Shown here piece by piece: positions 49,954 to 60,381 of a stretch of DNA of 64,000 bases. Source of the stretch: a virus (Duplodnaviria; Caudoviricetes); the IMG/VR virus record IMGVR_UViG_3300042975_000100, positions 64,001 to 128,000 of that record. The stretch is one strand, 5' to 3'. The notes below the pieces were generated by a model. That model did no database searches and was not told the DNA's origin. It saw only the letters and a list, made by a program, of their open reading frames with translations. The position numbers were made by a program, and so were the translations under genes. The first letter of the stretch is position 1, and the number at the start of each line of letters is the position of its first letter.

Positions 49954-50772
49954 TTAGTGACGCATTTTCTTCTTGAGGTTCTTCTTACCCTCATGCTTCT
50001 TGCCTTGCTGAGCTTCCGGAATCTCTGGCTCAAGAGCCTCTCCATGTGCTTCAGCCTCTTTGACTGGCGGCTCTACCTTATCTCGAACAGCCTCTTCCAG
50101 TTCTTCTTCAGCGTTGTTGCAAGAGGCATCAACTCCGGAGGTACACTGCTCGGTTGTGTCGATGATATCTTCTTCATGCTTGTCAAGCTCAGGCTCTTTC
50201 CCCTCTGCCGTGGAAGGATGACTTGCTTCTTTTTCAACTTCCTTCACCTCTACTTTATCTCCAGTAGATCCGAATCCACCATTGCGGGATTTACCCACTC
50301 CAGCTTCATCTCCTTCTACTACAAAATACTGCTGGATTACACCTTGACAGAAGCGACTTCCCTGCTCAATGATAACAGGTTTGCCGCTGTTATTCTTTAT
50401 GAACTCTACGATATGACCTTCATTAGAAGGGTTACCATAGTAATCAGAATCAATTACAGAAACCTGATTCATCAGTTCAAGACCGCGCTTCGTAGCATAT
50501 CCAGAACGGATATACATAGCGAGGAATTTATCTTTGTCGAGCTTTACTTTGATTCCCGTTGGGACCTTTGCCGAACCGTGCGCAGGTACGAGAACAGTAA
50601 TAGGAGCGACAAAATCGTAACCAGCAGAAGCTCCAGTGGAACGAACAGGTACTGGCATTTTCTCTTCAAAGTATTTGACAAGTAATGCAATCTGACTGTT
50701 ACTGGTAACCGCATTGCGATTCTCCTCCAAATATGCTTTATATGCTTCTGTACTAATTTTTTCAAACTTCAT
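49954..50772 (-). CDS. dut: Trimeric dUTPase with acidic/basic C-terminal tail
   Basis: All five motifs: SAGYDF, RSG, VIDSDYYG, RFCQG, RNGGFGSTG. Confidence 0.92.
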   Translation of the reverse strand: MKFEKISTEAYKAYLEENRNAVTSNSQIALLVKYFEEKMPVPVRSTGASAGYDFVAPITVLVPAHGSAKVPTGIKVKLDKDKFLAMYIRSGYATKRGLELMNQVSVIDSDYYGNPSNEGHIVEFIKNNSGKPVIIEQGSRFCQGVIQQYFVVEGDEAGVGKSRNGGFGSTGDKVEVKEVEKEASHPSTAEGKEPELDKHEEDIIDTTEQCTSGVDASCNNAEEELEEAVRDKVEPPVKEAEAHGEALEPEIPEAQQGKKHEGKKNLKKKMRH

Positions 50773-50889
50773 TTTTGCATCTCCTTAAGTGACGTATTTG
50801 GCCTCATCTAGAGAGCCCTATTATATTGTTTACGCTCTAATTAAAAAATAAAGGGAGACTATAGGGCCTCCCTCCATTTTCATACAAAC

Positions 50890-51189
50890 TCAGCGTTTAT
50901 GCTCTACTAATGTTACCTTACCAGTAAGCACACCGAATGTGCTATCTTCCTGATAGGTATAGGTTTCTGCATCTTCGTCTGGCCTCATCTCTCTGGTAAG
51001 ATACCAGAGAGAATCACTCTTATCCCAGTTGGTATTTACCAGTTTGGTATTGGCAGGAAGGTCAACTGTCATGTTACCACCGATATGCCTAGCTACCGGA
51101 TTAAAACCTAAGAAAAATGAAACTGCTGAGCAGAATACAATTATAAGAATCACTACAAGAATAAGTTGATTCATATTTTTAATGCTCAT
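50890..51189 (-). CDS. Small membrane-anchored phage protein
   Basis: N-terminal TM; GGNMTVDLP...LWYLTREM. Confidence 0.6.
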   Translation of the reverse strand: MSIKNMNQLILVVILIIVFCSAVSFFLGFNPVARHIGGNMTVDLPANTKLVNTNWDKSDSLWYLTREMRPDEDAETYTYQEDSTFGVLTGKVTLVEHKR

Positions 51190-52192
51190 TTTTCATTCTC
51201 CTTGCTACATCTTCATCTACCGGAATACACTCAAGATCTGCGAATGGGTTAAAGCAAGATCTCCAACCACATGCATGAGCGTGCCCGCCTCCACCATACT
51301 TAATGGCAATAGGTTCACCATCAAAATCTGGCTTATCGGAGAAGAGCGAGATCGTCCATTCTCCACTACGAAGTTTGCTATATATAGCAACTGCATCATA
51401 CTCTTTGATATGAGCACCAAAGCTATACGATGATCCCCTTCCCTCACGAATACAAATGCGATGCCCTTCAAAGGTGCATACCTTTGCAAATGCATAGTAC
51501 ATCAGCTCATTGACTTCAGCATTCAGTTCGTAGAACCTCTTCCCGATCCTAAGTGCTCTCTTAAAGCAGCTTTCATCATAAAGCAAATCGGAAAGCATTT
51601 TGCTATCAACATCATTCATCATAGCTTTATAAGTGAATGCATTAAGATACCATGCATCCAAATTGGATGGATCGGCATTGATATCATAGCACCATACCAG
51701 ATCAACCAGCTTTTTGACATGAGGGGAAGACATGTATTCAGGACAGGAGTTAACCCCTTCCTCTATTACCATTTCATAACAGAGTTTCGTACCAGAACTC
51801 TTCATGTCCACTATACCGTTAACCTTTGTAAAGTTATTGGCCAGTATCTTATCGAGCTCTGGAACTGCAGACTTGTGATGATCTCTCCAGAATACCATAT
51901 CGCAATTAGGTTCATTCTCGAACTTCTTTGCTTCTTCATACGGGAAATTATAGTCTGTGATGAACACAACTGTTCTTCCGAAGTTATGGATATTATCAAT
52001 GATACTATCCCAATCGGCCCTTGTATCTCTATAATCGCACTTGAGCATGATTATAGTTTCGAACTTTGGGTGCATCCAATCGTAGAGCATCCTAGCTCCT
52101 ACCAGTCCGTCATTGTCATCATGATGGATGATAATGATTCTTTTGATACCTTCCGATACCATTGTTTCAAGTAAATCTTTCTTTTCTGACAT
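51179..52192 (-). CDS. DHH/DHHA1 phosphoesterase
   Basis: HHDDNDG, DHHKS, GGGGHAHACG. Confidence 0.85.
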   Translation of the reverse strand: MSEKKDLLETMVSEGIKRIIIIHHDDNDGLVGARMLYDWMHPKFETIIMLKCDYRDTRADWDSIIDNIHNFGRTVVFITDYNFPYEEAKKFENEPNCDMVFWRDHHKSAVPELDKILANNFTKVNGIVDMKSSGTKLCYEMVIEEGVNSCPEYMSSPHVKKLVDLVWCYDINADPSNLDAWYLNAFTYKAMMNDVDSKMLSDLLYDESCFKRALRIGKRFYELNAEVNELMYYAFAKVCTFEGHRICIREGRGSSYSFGAHIKEYDAVAIYSKLRSGEWTISLFSDKPDFDGEPIAIKYGGGGHAHACGWRSCFNPFADLECIPVDEDVARRMKNEH

Positions 52193-52310
52193 TGTGTATA
52201 TCCTCCTTATAGATACTAAATATTGTCATTCACCATTATAATATATGCTTATTACAACGTCTAATTACAGATAAAAAATAATACCCCTACCCGAAGGTAG
52301 GGTATTATTT

Positions 52311-54708
52311 TTACAAATCGTATCCGCTAAAGTCAACCATATCAAGAATAGCCTTCTTGTTTGAATCATAGTTTCGAATAGCCTGAATCTCTTTGTCGAT
52401 ATCCGCTGCAGTTACCTGCATAAGAGTTCTATTATAATCTGGATGCAAGGTAGATTCCATAAGCTGCCATGCATCCATTTCGCCCAGTCCTTTATAGCGC
52501 TGGATATTGGATGGCTGATACTTATCGTAGATATTCATCAAGCCGAGTAATGTCGTAGATTGGCCATTGACTCTGAATCCATTATATGGGCAATTGTCAA
52601 TAAGATTGATCAGATTTACACAACGATTCTCCATGAATTCATTGTATACGATAGTCTGAATCTTCTCCCCAGTCAATCCATCGAAGCATAAAGATCCATT
52701 AGTTACCTTGACGCTCATATACGGATCGATCTTCTTCAGAAGCTTCTCAGTCTTCGTAGCATTATTCTTACGATTACGAAGAATGAATTCCAATAAGAAT
52801 GGATCTACAGAGAACGTCTGGCAGCAACTCGTAGCCAGCTCTTGCATATCATGGTTAACCACGATAAGATGCTTCAACTCACGAGGCGGAATCTTGTGTC
52901 CTTTATCATCGGTAACAGATACCTCATGGCTGAATCCTTTCATAGTATACTCTACATAATCTTCCATGGTAGTAAAGTATACAACTTTACCATTATGCAG
53001 CGTAACAGAATACAGTGGCGGTTGTGCGAAATAGAACCTGCCGGCTTCAAGAGCTGCACGATAATATACGATCATAGTCTTAAGGATCAACTGTCTGATA
53101 TGTTTACCATCGACATCTGCATCCGCCAGTACAATGATCTTATCAAATGGACATTTCTCAAGAATGAAGTTTTTTCCATCTCCGGAACCTAGTAAAGAGC
53201 GCAGTCCGACTGCCTCTTCATTCTCAAAGTATGCCGCTCTATTATACGACATCGCATTCTTAAATTTACCGCGAATTGGGAATATACCTTGACGTTTTGG
53301 ATCTCGTGCTTTTCTAGCAGGACCCATAGCTGAGTCTCCTTCTACTATAAGAAGCTCAAGATTCTTCTTACCGATTGGCTTTTCATATTTAGCCGGAAGT
53401 CCATCGATCGAAGATTTATTCTTCAATACGATCTTAGCCTTATCTTTCTCTCCCTTTGTACGGAGATCGGCTACTTCCTTCAAGTATTTACATAACTTTT
53501 GCAAATCATCAGAGTGAGTCTTAATCCATTCATTCAGCTGAACACGAATAGTGTTCTTCACAAACTCCGGAACGTCTTCATTACTGAAGATCTCCTTAGC
53601 CTGACCCGAGAATATCGGATCGATATGTGATACTGTAATGACAGCATTAAGCCCAGCATTGATAACGTCATCTGCGATGACCTTTGTCTTAGATTTGGTA
53701 TTCGCCAGAAACACTTTATTCATGTGATTTCTGAAGAAACTACCAACCTCATCAACAAACGCTTTCGTATGTACACTTGTATGTGCATCATCTGAAATAC
53801 CGCCTGTTGGACAAGCATTTGCAAAGCTACGTACTACCGCTTTTCCTCCGACATTCGTTGGGTCGAAGGTAAAAGCTATATCGGTTTTCATTGTAAGATC
53901 GTCTTTGATAGCACTGATAGTAATCGGTGCGATCAACGGCTTTCCAATTGTAGAAATGATATACGTCAGGATACCATCCTGATTGGTAATGTCCTGCTTG
54001 AACTGAGTTCCATCGAGACGAGTTCCTACGAACTGAACAGTAGTTCCGATGTTCATCAACGGAACCAGAGTTGCCACAAGGTTAAGGACATCTTCACACG
54101 TACATGTGATATCTCCCATGATAAGTTTGGAAGGTACGAAGGTTACCCTAGTACCCTGGAAATCATCCTTGTTAGGTTTTTCCACTTCTCCCTTATGAGA
54201 ACCCTTGAGGTTTACCACTTCTCCTTCTTTGAATTCGATGTGGTGACATGCAGGTTTACCATTGATCAAACTGCACATATAAGAGTCTACGATGAACGAA
54301 TGACTCAAGGCGTTTACAACCTTGGAACCTACACCATGCATTCCGGATGCGAATACTCCGGCACGCGGTTTGAAGTTTGAACCAGTATTGGTATTGGTGA
54401 AGATATTGTGCATATCTCCAAAAGGAATACCTCTACCATTATCCAGTACAGAAACTGTTTTGGTAACCTCATCATAAGATACCATACCAGTTGTACATGG
54501 TGAATCTTCCTTCTGAATCTCATCAAGCATATTCTGCACGATCTCTCGTACCATATTGATGAAACCCTTGTTACCCTTATATCCAATGAACTCACCCTGG
54601 ACGTTTTCTGATCGCTTCAAAGTCCGAAAGGCTGATAATAGTATCAGCATAGCCTTTGATTTTCTTGATCTTGTCTGCAGTGAGATTTCCTTTCTTCAAC
54701 TTAGGCAT
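52311..54708 (-). CDS. gyrB: Type IIA topoisomerase subunit B (GyrB/ParE-like); N-terminal 38 aa are in a different frame
   Basis: EIVQNMLDE, DNGRGIP, GMHGVG, VEGDSA, PIRGK, DADVDG, RYKGLGEM; upstream frame gives EAIRKRPG then TGA. Confidence 0.92.
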
Positions 54709-54821
54709 TCGTTTGCCTCCTACTTTGTAAAAATAAATTAATCATTAAAAGCATAAATTGAGGAGTAGAGAATAATCTCTACTCCCCTATTATTTGCTCT
54801 TAACAATTTACGGCTTCAGGA

Positions 54822-55739
54822 TCAACCTTTGAAACCGTTGTTGATGTCCGGGCTCTTAACAGTCGTTGCCTTCTGTTCAGTTTTACCCTGGGCAGCAGTT
54901 GTTGCCGGACCCTGTTCCGGAACTACATAACCTACGCCGTTACCAGCTACAGGTGCACCGTAGTTGATTGCCGGAGCCTGACCCATCATCATACCCATAC
55001 CCATTGCAGGATTCATTGCACCCTGCTGAGCCATCTGCTGCTGCGGCTGTGCCTGCATCATCGGGTTCATCATGCCCATACCCATCGGTGCCTGCTGAGC
55101 CATCTGCTGCTGCTGTGCCTGCATAGCCTGCTGCTGCTGAAGCACCATGCTCGGATTCATCATACCGCCCATTCCCATGTTTCCACCGAACGGACCATAG
55201 AGATTCTGCCAAGCCATCATAGCCTGATTGCCAGCGCCATAGCTCTGTACACCAGTGTTTACGCCACCAATGCGCTCGAAATACTTCTTTGCATATGCAT
55301 AGAAGCTCGGGATCTTCTTGATGAAGCCGCTGATGAGATACAGGTTGCGACCAACATCTTCCGGAATAGCACCATACATCAGTTTGATGCTCTGGAAGAT
55401 ATCATTGAAGTTCGAGCAGGTGTTCTCGATCTCTTCCATAGAGATACCGTCACCAGTCTCGATCAGATGGAAGTTCTCGCCGCAGATGCTGCAAGTAACC
55501 GAACCATCTTCCTGCTGCTCGAGGCAGATAGCGCCAGTGCGTGCATCCTTATGCGTGCACAGTGCTTTCAAGCCTTCTTCTTTGGTCAGACGACCAGAGA
55601 ATTCCGGATTCTTCTTGCGGAGCTGATCCTGCTCGTCAGCAGACAGAAGCTGACGCATCTGAATCTTTTCCGGGGCCTGCTGCATCTGATTTGCATAACC
55701 CATGAAACCGTTGTACCCGTTGTTGAAATTGTTGAACAT
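54822..55739 (-). CDS. Zn-finger protein with Q/M/G/N-rich low-complexity tail
   Basis: CTH...CSIC; tail MGMGGMMNPSMVLQQQQAMQAQQQQMAQQ...; start MFNNF after GGGGAGG. Confidence 0.75.
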   Translation of the reverse strand: MFNNFNNGYNGFMGYANQMQQAPEKIQMRQLLSADEQDQLRKKNPEFSGRLTKEEGLKALCTHKDARTGAICLEQQEDGSVTCSICGENFHLIETGDGISMEEIENTCSNFNDIFQSIKLMYGAIPEDVGRNLYLISGFIKKIPSFYAYAKKYFERIGGVNTGVQSYGAGNQAMMAWQNLYGPFGGNMGMGGMMNPSMVLQQQQAMQAQQQQMAQQAPMGMGMMNPMMQAQPQQQMAQQGAMNPAMGMGMMMGQAPAINYGAPVAGNGVGYVVPEQGPATTAAQGKTEQKATTVKSPDINNGFKG

Positions 55740-55871
55740 TTGTTGTTTCCTCCCCTTAGCTAAGGTTGTTAATTTATCCAGGATTACCAAATGGCAATCC
55801 TGAATATCACACTTATAATATATACTTACTTTTATGTTTAAGCAGTATATTTTTTGACATTTGAAAACCTA

Positions 55872-56435
55872 TCAATCTTTAGGTTTCGCTCCATCTGGCC
55901 ACTCATAGGCGCCAAACTTCTGATCCTGAATCTGAACCTTGTTATCTTTCTGATCGATAAGCCAGTTCTGATCAGTTCTATTAAACCAGTGTTTGATAAG
56001 CAGTGGTTTCTTATCAGCAGTGATAATATTTCTAGCTATCAAGCTATCCAAATACTGCTCAAACTGAGGACGCGTTGGATGGAAGCTCATCTGCTGAATC
56101 TGATCATAGTCTGCACAGCTAACCATAACAGGCGTAGCTACACTACTAATGCCAGACATAGGAATGGTGCTAACATTTCCTCGCGTCGGAGACTCAAACC
56201 AAATGACGCACTTATTGGCATCATCCCAGAAGAATTCACTGATGTTACCCTCGATGCCGTGTTCATTGTCAAGACGAATGTAAATCGACGGAGTTCTTAA
56301 CTCGAACAGCGGATTCCCTTTTGCGTCTAATTTTTGCTTTGAAGTGTTTTCGTCTATAATCGGAATCTTCACTGTAAGCTTCGCTATATCCGCTAAGTTT
56401 TTGTGAATGAGATCTAATTCCATTATCTTTTCCAC
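55872..56435 (-). CDS. Hypothetical protein
   Basis: 187-aa ORF. Confidence 0.6.
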   Translation of the reverse strand: MEKIMELDLIHKNLADIAKLTVKIPIIDENTSKQKLDAKGNPLFELRTPSIYIRLDNEHGIEGNISEFFWDDANKCVIWFESPTRGNVSTIPMSGISSVATPVMVSCADYDQIQQMSFHPTRPQFEQYLDSLIARNIITADKKPLLIKHWFNRTDQNWLIDQKDNKVQIQDQKFGAYEWPDGAKPKD

Positions 56436-56740
56436 CTTTCTCTTGGTAATCTTTTGGTATATTCAATACCGTAATTCCTACTCCACCTTCTGACACAATG
56501 AGAATAAAGTTTCCATACACTCTCAAATCATATCCAGGCTTACTAATACTACACAAGTATCTAAACAAAGATTCCTTCTTTTGTTCACGAACCTGATTTA
56601 GCGTTAGACCCTTGTTATAGAATTTCTGGATGAAGCGCTTATGAGCTCTCTTAGGAATACCTACACGCATGTGTATTCTTTTTGATAGGTGGGTAGTCTC
56701 GACTGCATCTTTGTCGTCAAAACTCTGGCTCTTTTTCCAT
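56269..56740 (-). CDS. Hypothetical basic protein; start region appears frameshifted
   Basis: ATG GAA AAA GAG near 56740 is 1 nt out of frame with ORF 56269-56670. Confidence 0.45.
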
Positions 56741-56812
56741 AGCCATCATCACTCTCCGATCAAAAAAAAAATAAAGCGGGATAGCATGCATCTACCCCAC
56801 TTTACCTAATTG

Positions 56813-57265
56813 TTAAACCGCGTATCTGAACGGCTTAATATTATTCATCATGATCGTAAGAACATTGATGTCCCCACTCATCATAATTGCATTTAAGCCC
56901 TCATCGATAATCGAGTAAGCCTGAAGACTTTCTCTATCTGCACGCTCGATATCTTTAAATAAGGGATCTGCCGCGTTGGACGGAAGATTCAACTTTATCA
57001 ACTCAAGCCCATTGCAATGAGTCATATAATAGAATCGCTTCTGCCATGAAGCATTCTTCAGGATCGTAATAAAGTTACCATCCAAGAAGTATCTGCCATG
57101 CTTTTCCACATTCAAATTGCCATGAGCAATATCTTTGAATAGGAAGTGGCTCTTTTTCATGATATCATTCGGACGAACTTTAGTCATAAAGTCCTCACCG
57201 AAATCTCTTATCATGTTGTCAAAAAACATGGAACCACGTTTCTTTTGCTGCATAGGTCTACCCAC
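56813..57265 (-). CDS. Hypothetical protein
   Basis: AAGGAG RBS. Confidence 0.6.
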   Translation of the reverse strand: MGRPMQQKKRGSMFFDNMIRDFGEDFMTKVRPNDIMKKSHFLFKDIAHGNLNVEKHGRYFLDGNFITILKNASWQKRFYYMTHCNGLELIKLNLPSNAADPLFKDIERADRESLQAYSIIDEGLNAIMMSGDINVLTIMMNNIKPFRYAV

Positions 57266-57277
57266 TGTTATCGCTCC

Positions 57278-57736
57278 TTATTTCAAATTAAGTTCTTTGT
57301 TGTACTTCTCATCGAGTTCTTCATCCGTGATATCGTAGTTGTCTTTGATAAACGATACGAAATCTTCGAATGTGAAGTCGAATTCGGATTCCATTTTTTC
57401 ATCAAGCACATCCTGTTCCTGACAGAACCGAATAAATGTAAACGGACTCCATGCCTGACGAATCAATGCGGATTCAGAGATTACATAGCAATCATCCAAT
57501 TCCAAGTCCTGTAAATTTGCAAAGAAGAAGTCGATGACATCCCGTTTACCGGTCATCAATCTCCATTCCGTAGCAGCCGTGTTATCAGCCCATGTAATCA
57601 ATACCAAATAATGCTTTTCAGGATTAGCATTAATCACCTCTTTAGTTACTGGGTCTACGATGTGCATTACATTTTTCTTTTCTTCGATTAACATTTCAAC
57701 ACTCTCCTTATAATAGTTATTAGATTGAGTACGCAT
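57278..57736 (-). CDS. Hypothetical acidic protein carrying a VMHIVDP motif
   Basis: ORF after TATATATTATA motif. Confidence 0.6.
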   Translation of the reverse strand: MRTQSNNYYKESVEMLIEEKKNVMHIVDPVTKEVINANPEKHYLVLITWADNTAATEWRLMTGKRDVIDFFFANLQDLELDDCYVISESALIRQAWSPFTFIRFCQEQDVLDEKMESEFDFTFEDFVSFIKDNYDITDEELDEKYNKELNLK

Positions 57737-57762
57737 ACTCTATCATAGCTATAATATATAAC

Positions 57763-58959
57763 TCAATAATATTTAGGTTTATGGATTATATACCAACAGC
57801 TTCTAGAGAAGCGAGTAATACCAGTATAGTTTAGATTCTTATTTATATCAGGATGCAGGAATTCCTCAAAATACATTCCCTTTACATACTGAGAACCCTG
57901 TGAGATATGAGTAGTAATAGCATAAGCATATTCGAACTTTTCGCCATTGCTATATGGAAGTTTCTTAATCATATCTTTCTCATGACGATTAGCCATGAGA
58001 TATCTATAGTCACAATCTAATCCCCTGAATACACCCTGAAACATATCCGGGGAGAAATCGATAGCATAAGTTTTACCAGTAAATTGGGTTATATCAGGGA
58101 AGTTGGCAACTGTACCTATTAATCCATTAGCTAGATTAATGCCATCGCAATCGATCTTCCAATTGTTCTTACGGCATATCATTCTCTCTCCATGCTGTGG
58201 TAATTGACTATGGAAGTTAAGCAGCTTTTCTCTAATATAGTGATTGAATTTCTCTCTAGTATCATTCTTACCACAGATGACAATGTTGGAATTCATTATC
58301 ATGCTATCCCATATTTCAGAATCATACATAACGCATACATTACCATACCATCCCGGTTTGAGCTTATGCCCTTTAAGAAGTTCATGTGCAAAGTATACTA
58401 TAGCATTATTCTCTGCTTGTCTCATGATCTGTCTAAGATAGTGAATCTCACCAGAATATAAGAAAGCAGGTTTATCAGCTACAGGAGGTAGCTGATTAAG
58501 ATCGCCTGATACTATTATCTTAAGCCCAAATGATAATAGATCTGGCAGCATATGGGATGGTACAAAACTTGCCTCATCTATGATAATGAGTTTCTTATTG
58601 TATCCAAGCGATTGTCTTCTAACAAATATGATTTTCTTTTTAGGACGATTAAGCTTTGGGTCCATATTAGAATAATCATTTACAAGCTTAGGCTCATACA
58701 TCCAAGAATGTATGGTTTTAGCATTAGTTAGTCCCTTAAGGCGCATAACAATAGCAGCCGCTCCAGTATATGCCATAGGGCAAGTTTGATCTACAGTGAG
58801 ACCTATACTCTCTACTATTGCATTGAGTACAACAGACTTACCGGTTCCAGCTGCTCCTGAAATCTGAAAGATTTGTTCTGGGCTATTAAAAAAGAAAGAC
58901 ACTGCCGCATTAACAGTGTCTCTCTGGTCATCATTAAGCTGTATAGCCATTTTAACCAT
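57763..58959 (-). CDS. Dda/RecD2-like SF1B helicase
   Basis: GAAGTGKS, TIHS, IIDEAS, GDLNQLPPV, YAITTHISQGS. Confidence 0.9.
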   Translation of the reverse strand: MVKMAIQLNDDQRDTVNAAVSFFFNSPEQIFQISGAAGTGKSVVLNAIVESIGLTVDQTCPMAYTGAAAIVMRLKGLTNAKTIHSWMYEPKLVNDYSNMDPKLNRPKKKIIFVRRQSLGYNKKLIIIDEASFVPSHMLPDLLSFGLKIIVSGDLNQLPPVADKPAFLYSGEIHYLRQIMRQAENNAIVYFAHELLKGHKLKPGWYGNVCVMYDSEIWDSMIMNSNIVICGKNDTREKFNHYIREKLLNFHSQLPQHGERMICRKNNWKIDCDGINLANGLIGTVANFPDITQFTGKTYAIDFSPDMFQGVFRGLDCDYRYLMANRHEKDMIKKLPYSNGEKFEYAYAITTHISQGSQYVKGMYFEEFLHPDINKNLNYTGITRFSRSCWYIIHKPKYY

Positions 58960-58971
58960 GTCCTTTGTGAG

Positions 58972-59481
58972 TTATTTCATATCTATAGCTTTAAGCTGCA
59001 TGAACTCAGGAGGTGCTGACCCATCAAGAATATAGATGATATCCATATATTTCAACGCATCTCTATAATACTCATTTCCAACATAACTAGTTCCATCCAT
59101 AAACTTGATTTCTGCAAATCCTAAAGTGTTAAGCTTCTTAGAACTAATAGACAGAGTCAAGATGTCCGTATCTTCATCCATATACATTTCAACGTACTGA
59201 TTTACCAAAGATATCATCAGCTTAACGTTATTATATGGATCGAACGCCATCTCTATTGCAGGGTCGATCTCCTTTCCTACCAACGTAGATACCAGTCTCT
59301 TACCGGCATACTTCATTGGAGACGACCAACCATCTTCATCGTCGATGATAACCATATACCCATCTTTATCAATACTAAGATTGAGTTTCTGAGTAAGCAT
59401 GGTAATGCATCTGTTTGTGTTCTTTGCGAGAAGCGCTTCTCTTGCTTCGGCTTCCGCAATCATCTTTTTTGTAATTCTCAT
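58972..59481 (-). CDS. Hypothetical protein
   Basis: AAGGAG RBS. Confidence 0.6.
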   Translation of the reverse strand: MRITKKMIAEAEAREALLAKNTNRCITMLTQKLNLSIDKDGYMVIIDDEDGWSSPMKYAGKRLVSTLVGKEIDPAIEMAFDPYNNVKLMISLVNQYVEMYMDEDTDILTLSISSKKLNTLGFAEIKFMDGTSYVGNEYYRDALKYMDIIYILDGSAPPEFMQLKAIDMK

Positions 59482-59558
59482 TATATCTGCTCCTTTTTAG
59501 TGATTCGACAATACTGTAATCAATATTATGATATATAATTGAAAGGAGTAATTACCTT

Positions 59559-59897
59559 ATGGGACAGTATAACACCTCTCAAATAGCGATTTTACAGTCT
59601 GTTGCGAATAAATACAACCCTGGAAAGCAGGTGTTTAAACTTCAGGCTATAACTGGTATGAAAGATAATACGAATAAAATCGAGACTAACTCTATCAGCA
59701 CAGCCAAGATTATGAATAAAGATACCAAGGATCTTCCAATATCAAATGTCAATAAAGCCACTTGTATCAAATTGGAAATTCCTAAGCATCTTACCGAAAA
59801 CTATCCGACTAAATATATCCCTCAAGGGACAAGATTCATAGTCGACTTTCAAAATGGAGATATCTCCAAACCTATTATAACAGGATGTGAATTCTAA
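59559..59897 (+). CDS. Putative baseplate hub/spike OB-fold protein
   Basis: IPQGTRFIVDFQNGDISKPIITG resembles the gp5/VgrG OB motif. Confidence 0.55.
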   Translation: MGQYNTSQIAILQSVANKYNPGKQVFKLQAITGMKDNTNKIETNSISTAKIMNKDTKDLPISNVNKATCIKLEIPKHLTENYPTKYIPQGTRFIVDFQNGDISKPIITGCEF

Positions 59898-60340
59898 TGG
59901 CTACATTTACTCAGATTACCGATCCACGACTCGCTACAAAGTTTAGCGAATTTGTCACTGCCGGTAAACAGGAAATAACTATAACCTTTCCTCAACTCTG
60001 TTTCTTAGAAAACAGAGATAATATCTCGTACTGTGTTAAGTCAGTTATAGATGACTACATGCATGAGATGATAGCCGCATCTATTAACTGTAAACTTAGC
60101 ACTGAACAAGTTCAAAAATACAGATACAATCCAAGACTTATTTGCTCAGATACCTATGGTACAGGAGATCTGTTCTACGTTATACTGCTCATAAACAATA
60201 TGTGTAGTATTAAAGAATTCGATCTCTCAAGCGGATACGTAAGGATGCTTAAGAAAGATGACATGAAAGATTTTCTTAATGCCATCTATAAGCAAGAGTA
60301 TCAGGATTTGAATGCTTACAATACTTTGCATAATTCATAA
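59897..60340 (+). CDS. Baseplate wedge protein, T4 gp53/LysM-like
   Basis: YRYNPRLICSDTYGTGDLFYVILLINN. Confidence 0.7.
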   Translation: MATFTQITDPRLATKFSEFVTAGKQEITITFPQLCFLENRDNISYCVKSVIDDYMHEMIAASINCKLSTEQVQKYRYNPRLICSDTYGTGDLFYVILLINNMCSIKEFDLSSGYVRMLKKDDMKDFLNAIYKQEYQDLNAYNTLHNS

Positions 60341-60344
60341 GATA

Positions 60345-60369
60345 AGGGCATAGCATTACGCTATGCTCT
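60345..60369. terminator. Bidirectional terminator
   Basis: AGGGCATAGC-ATTAC-GCTATGCTCT between convergent genes. Confidence 0.7.
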
Positions 60370-60381
60370 CTTTCTTTTGTC

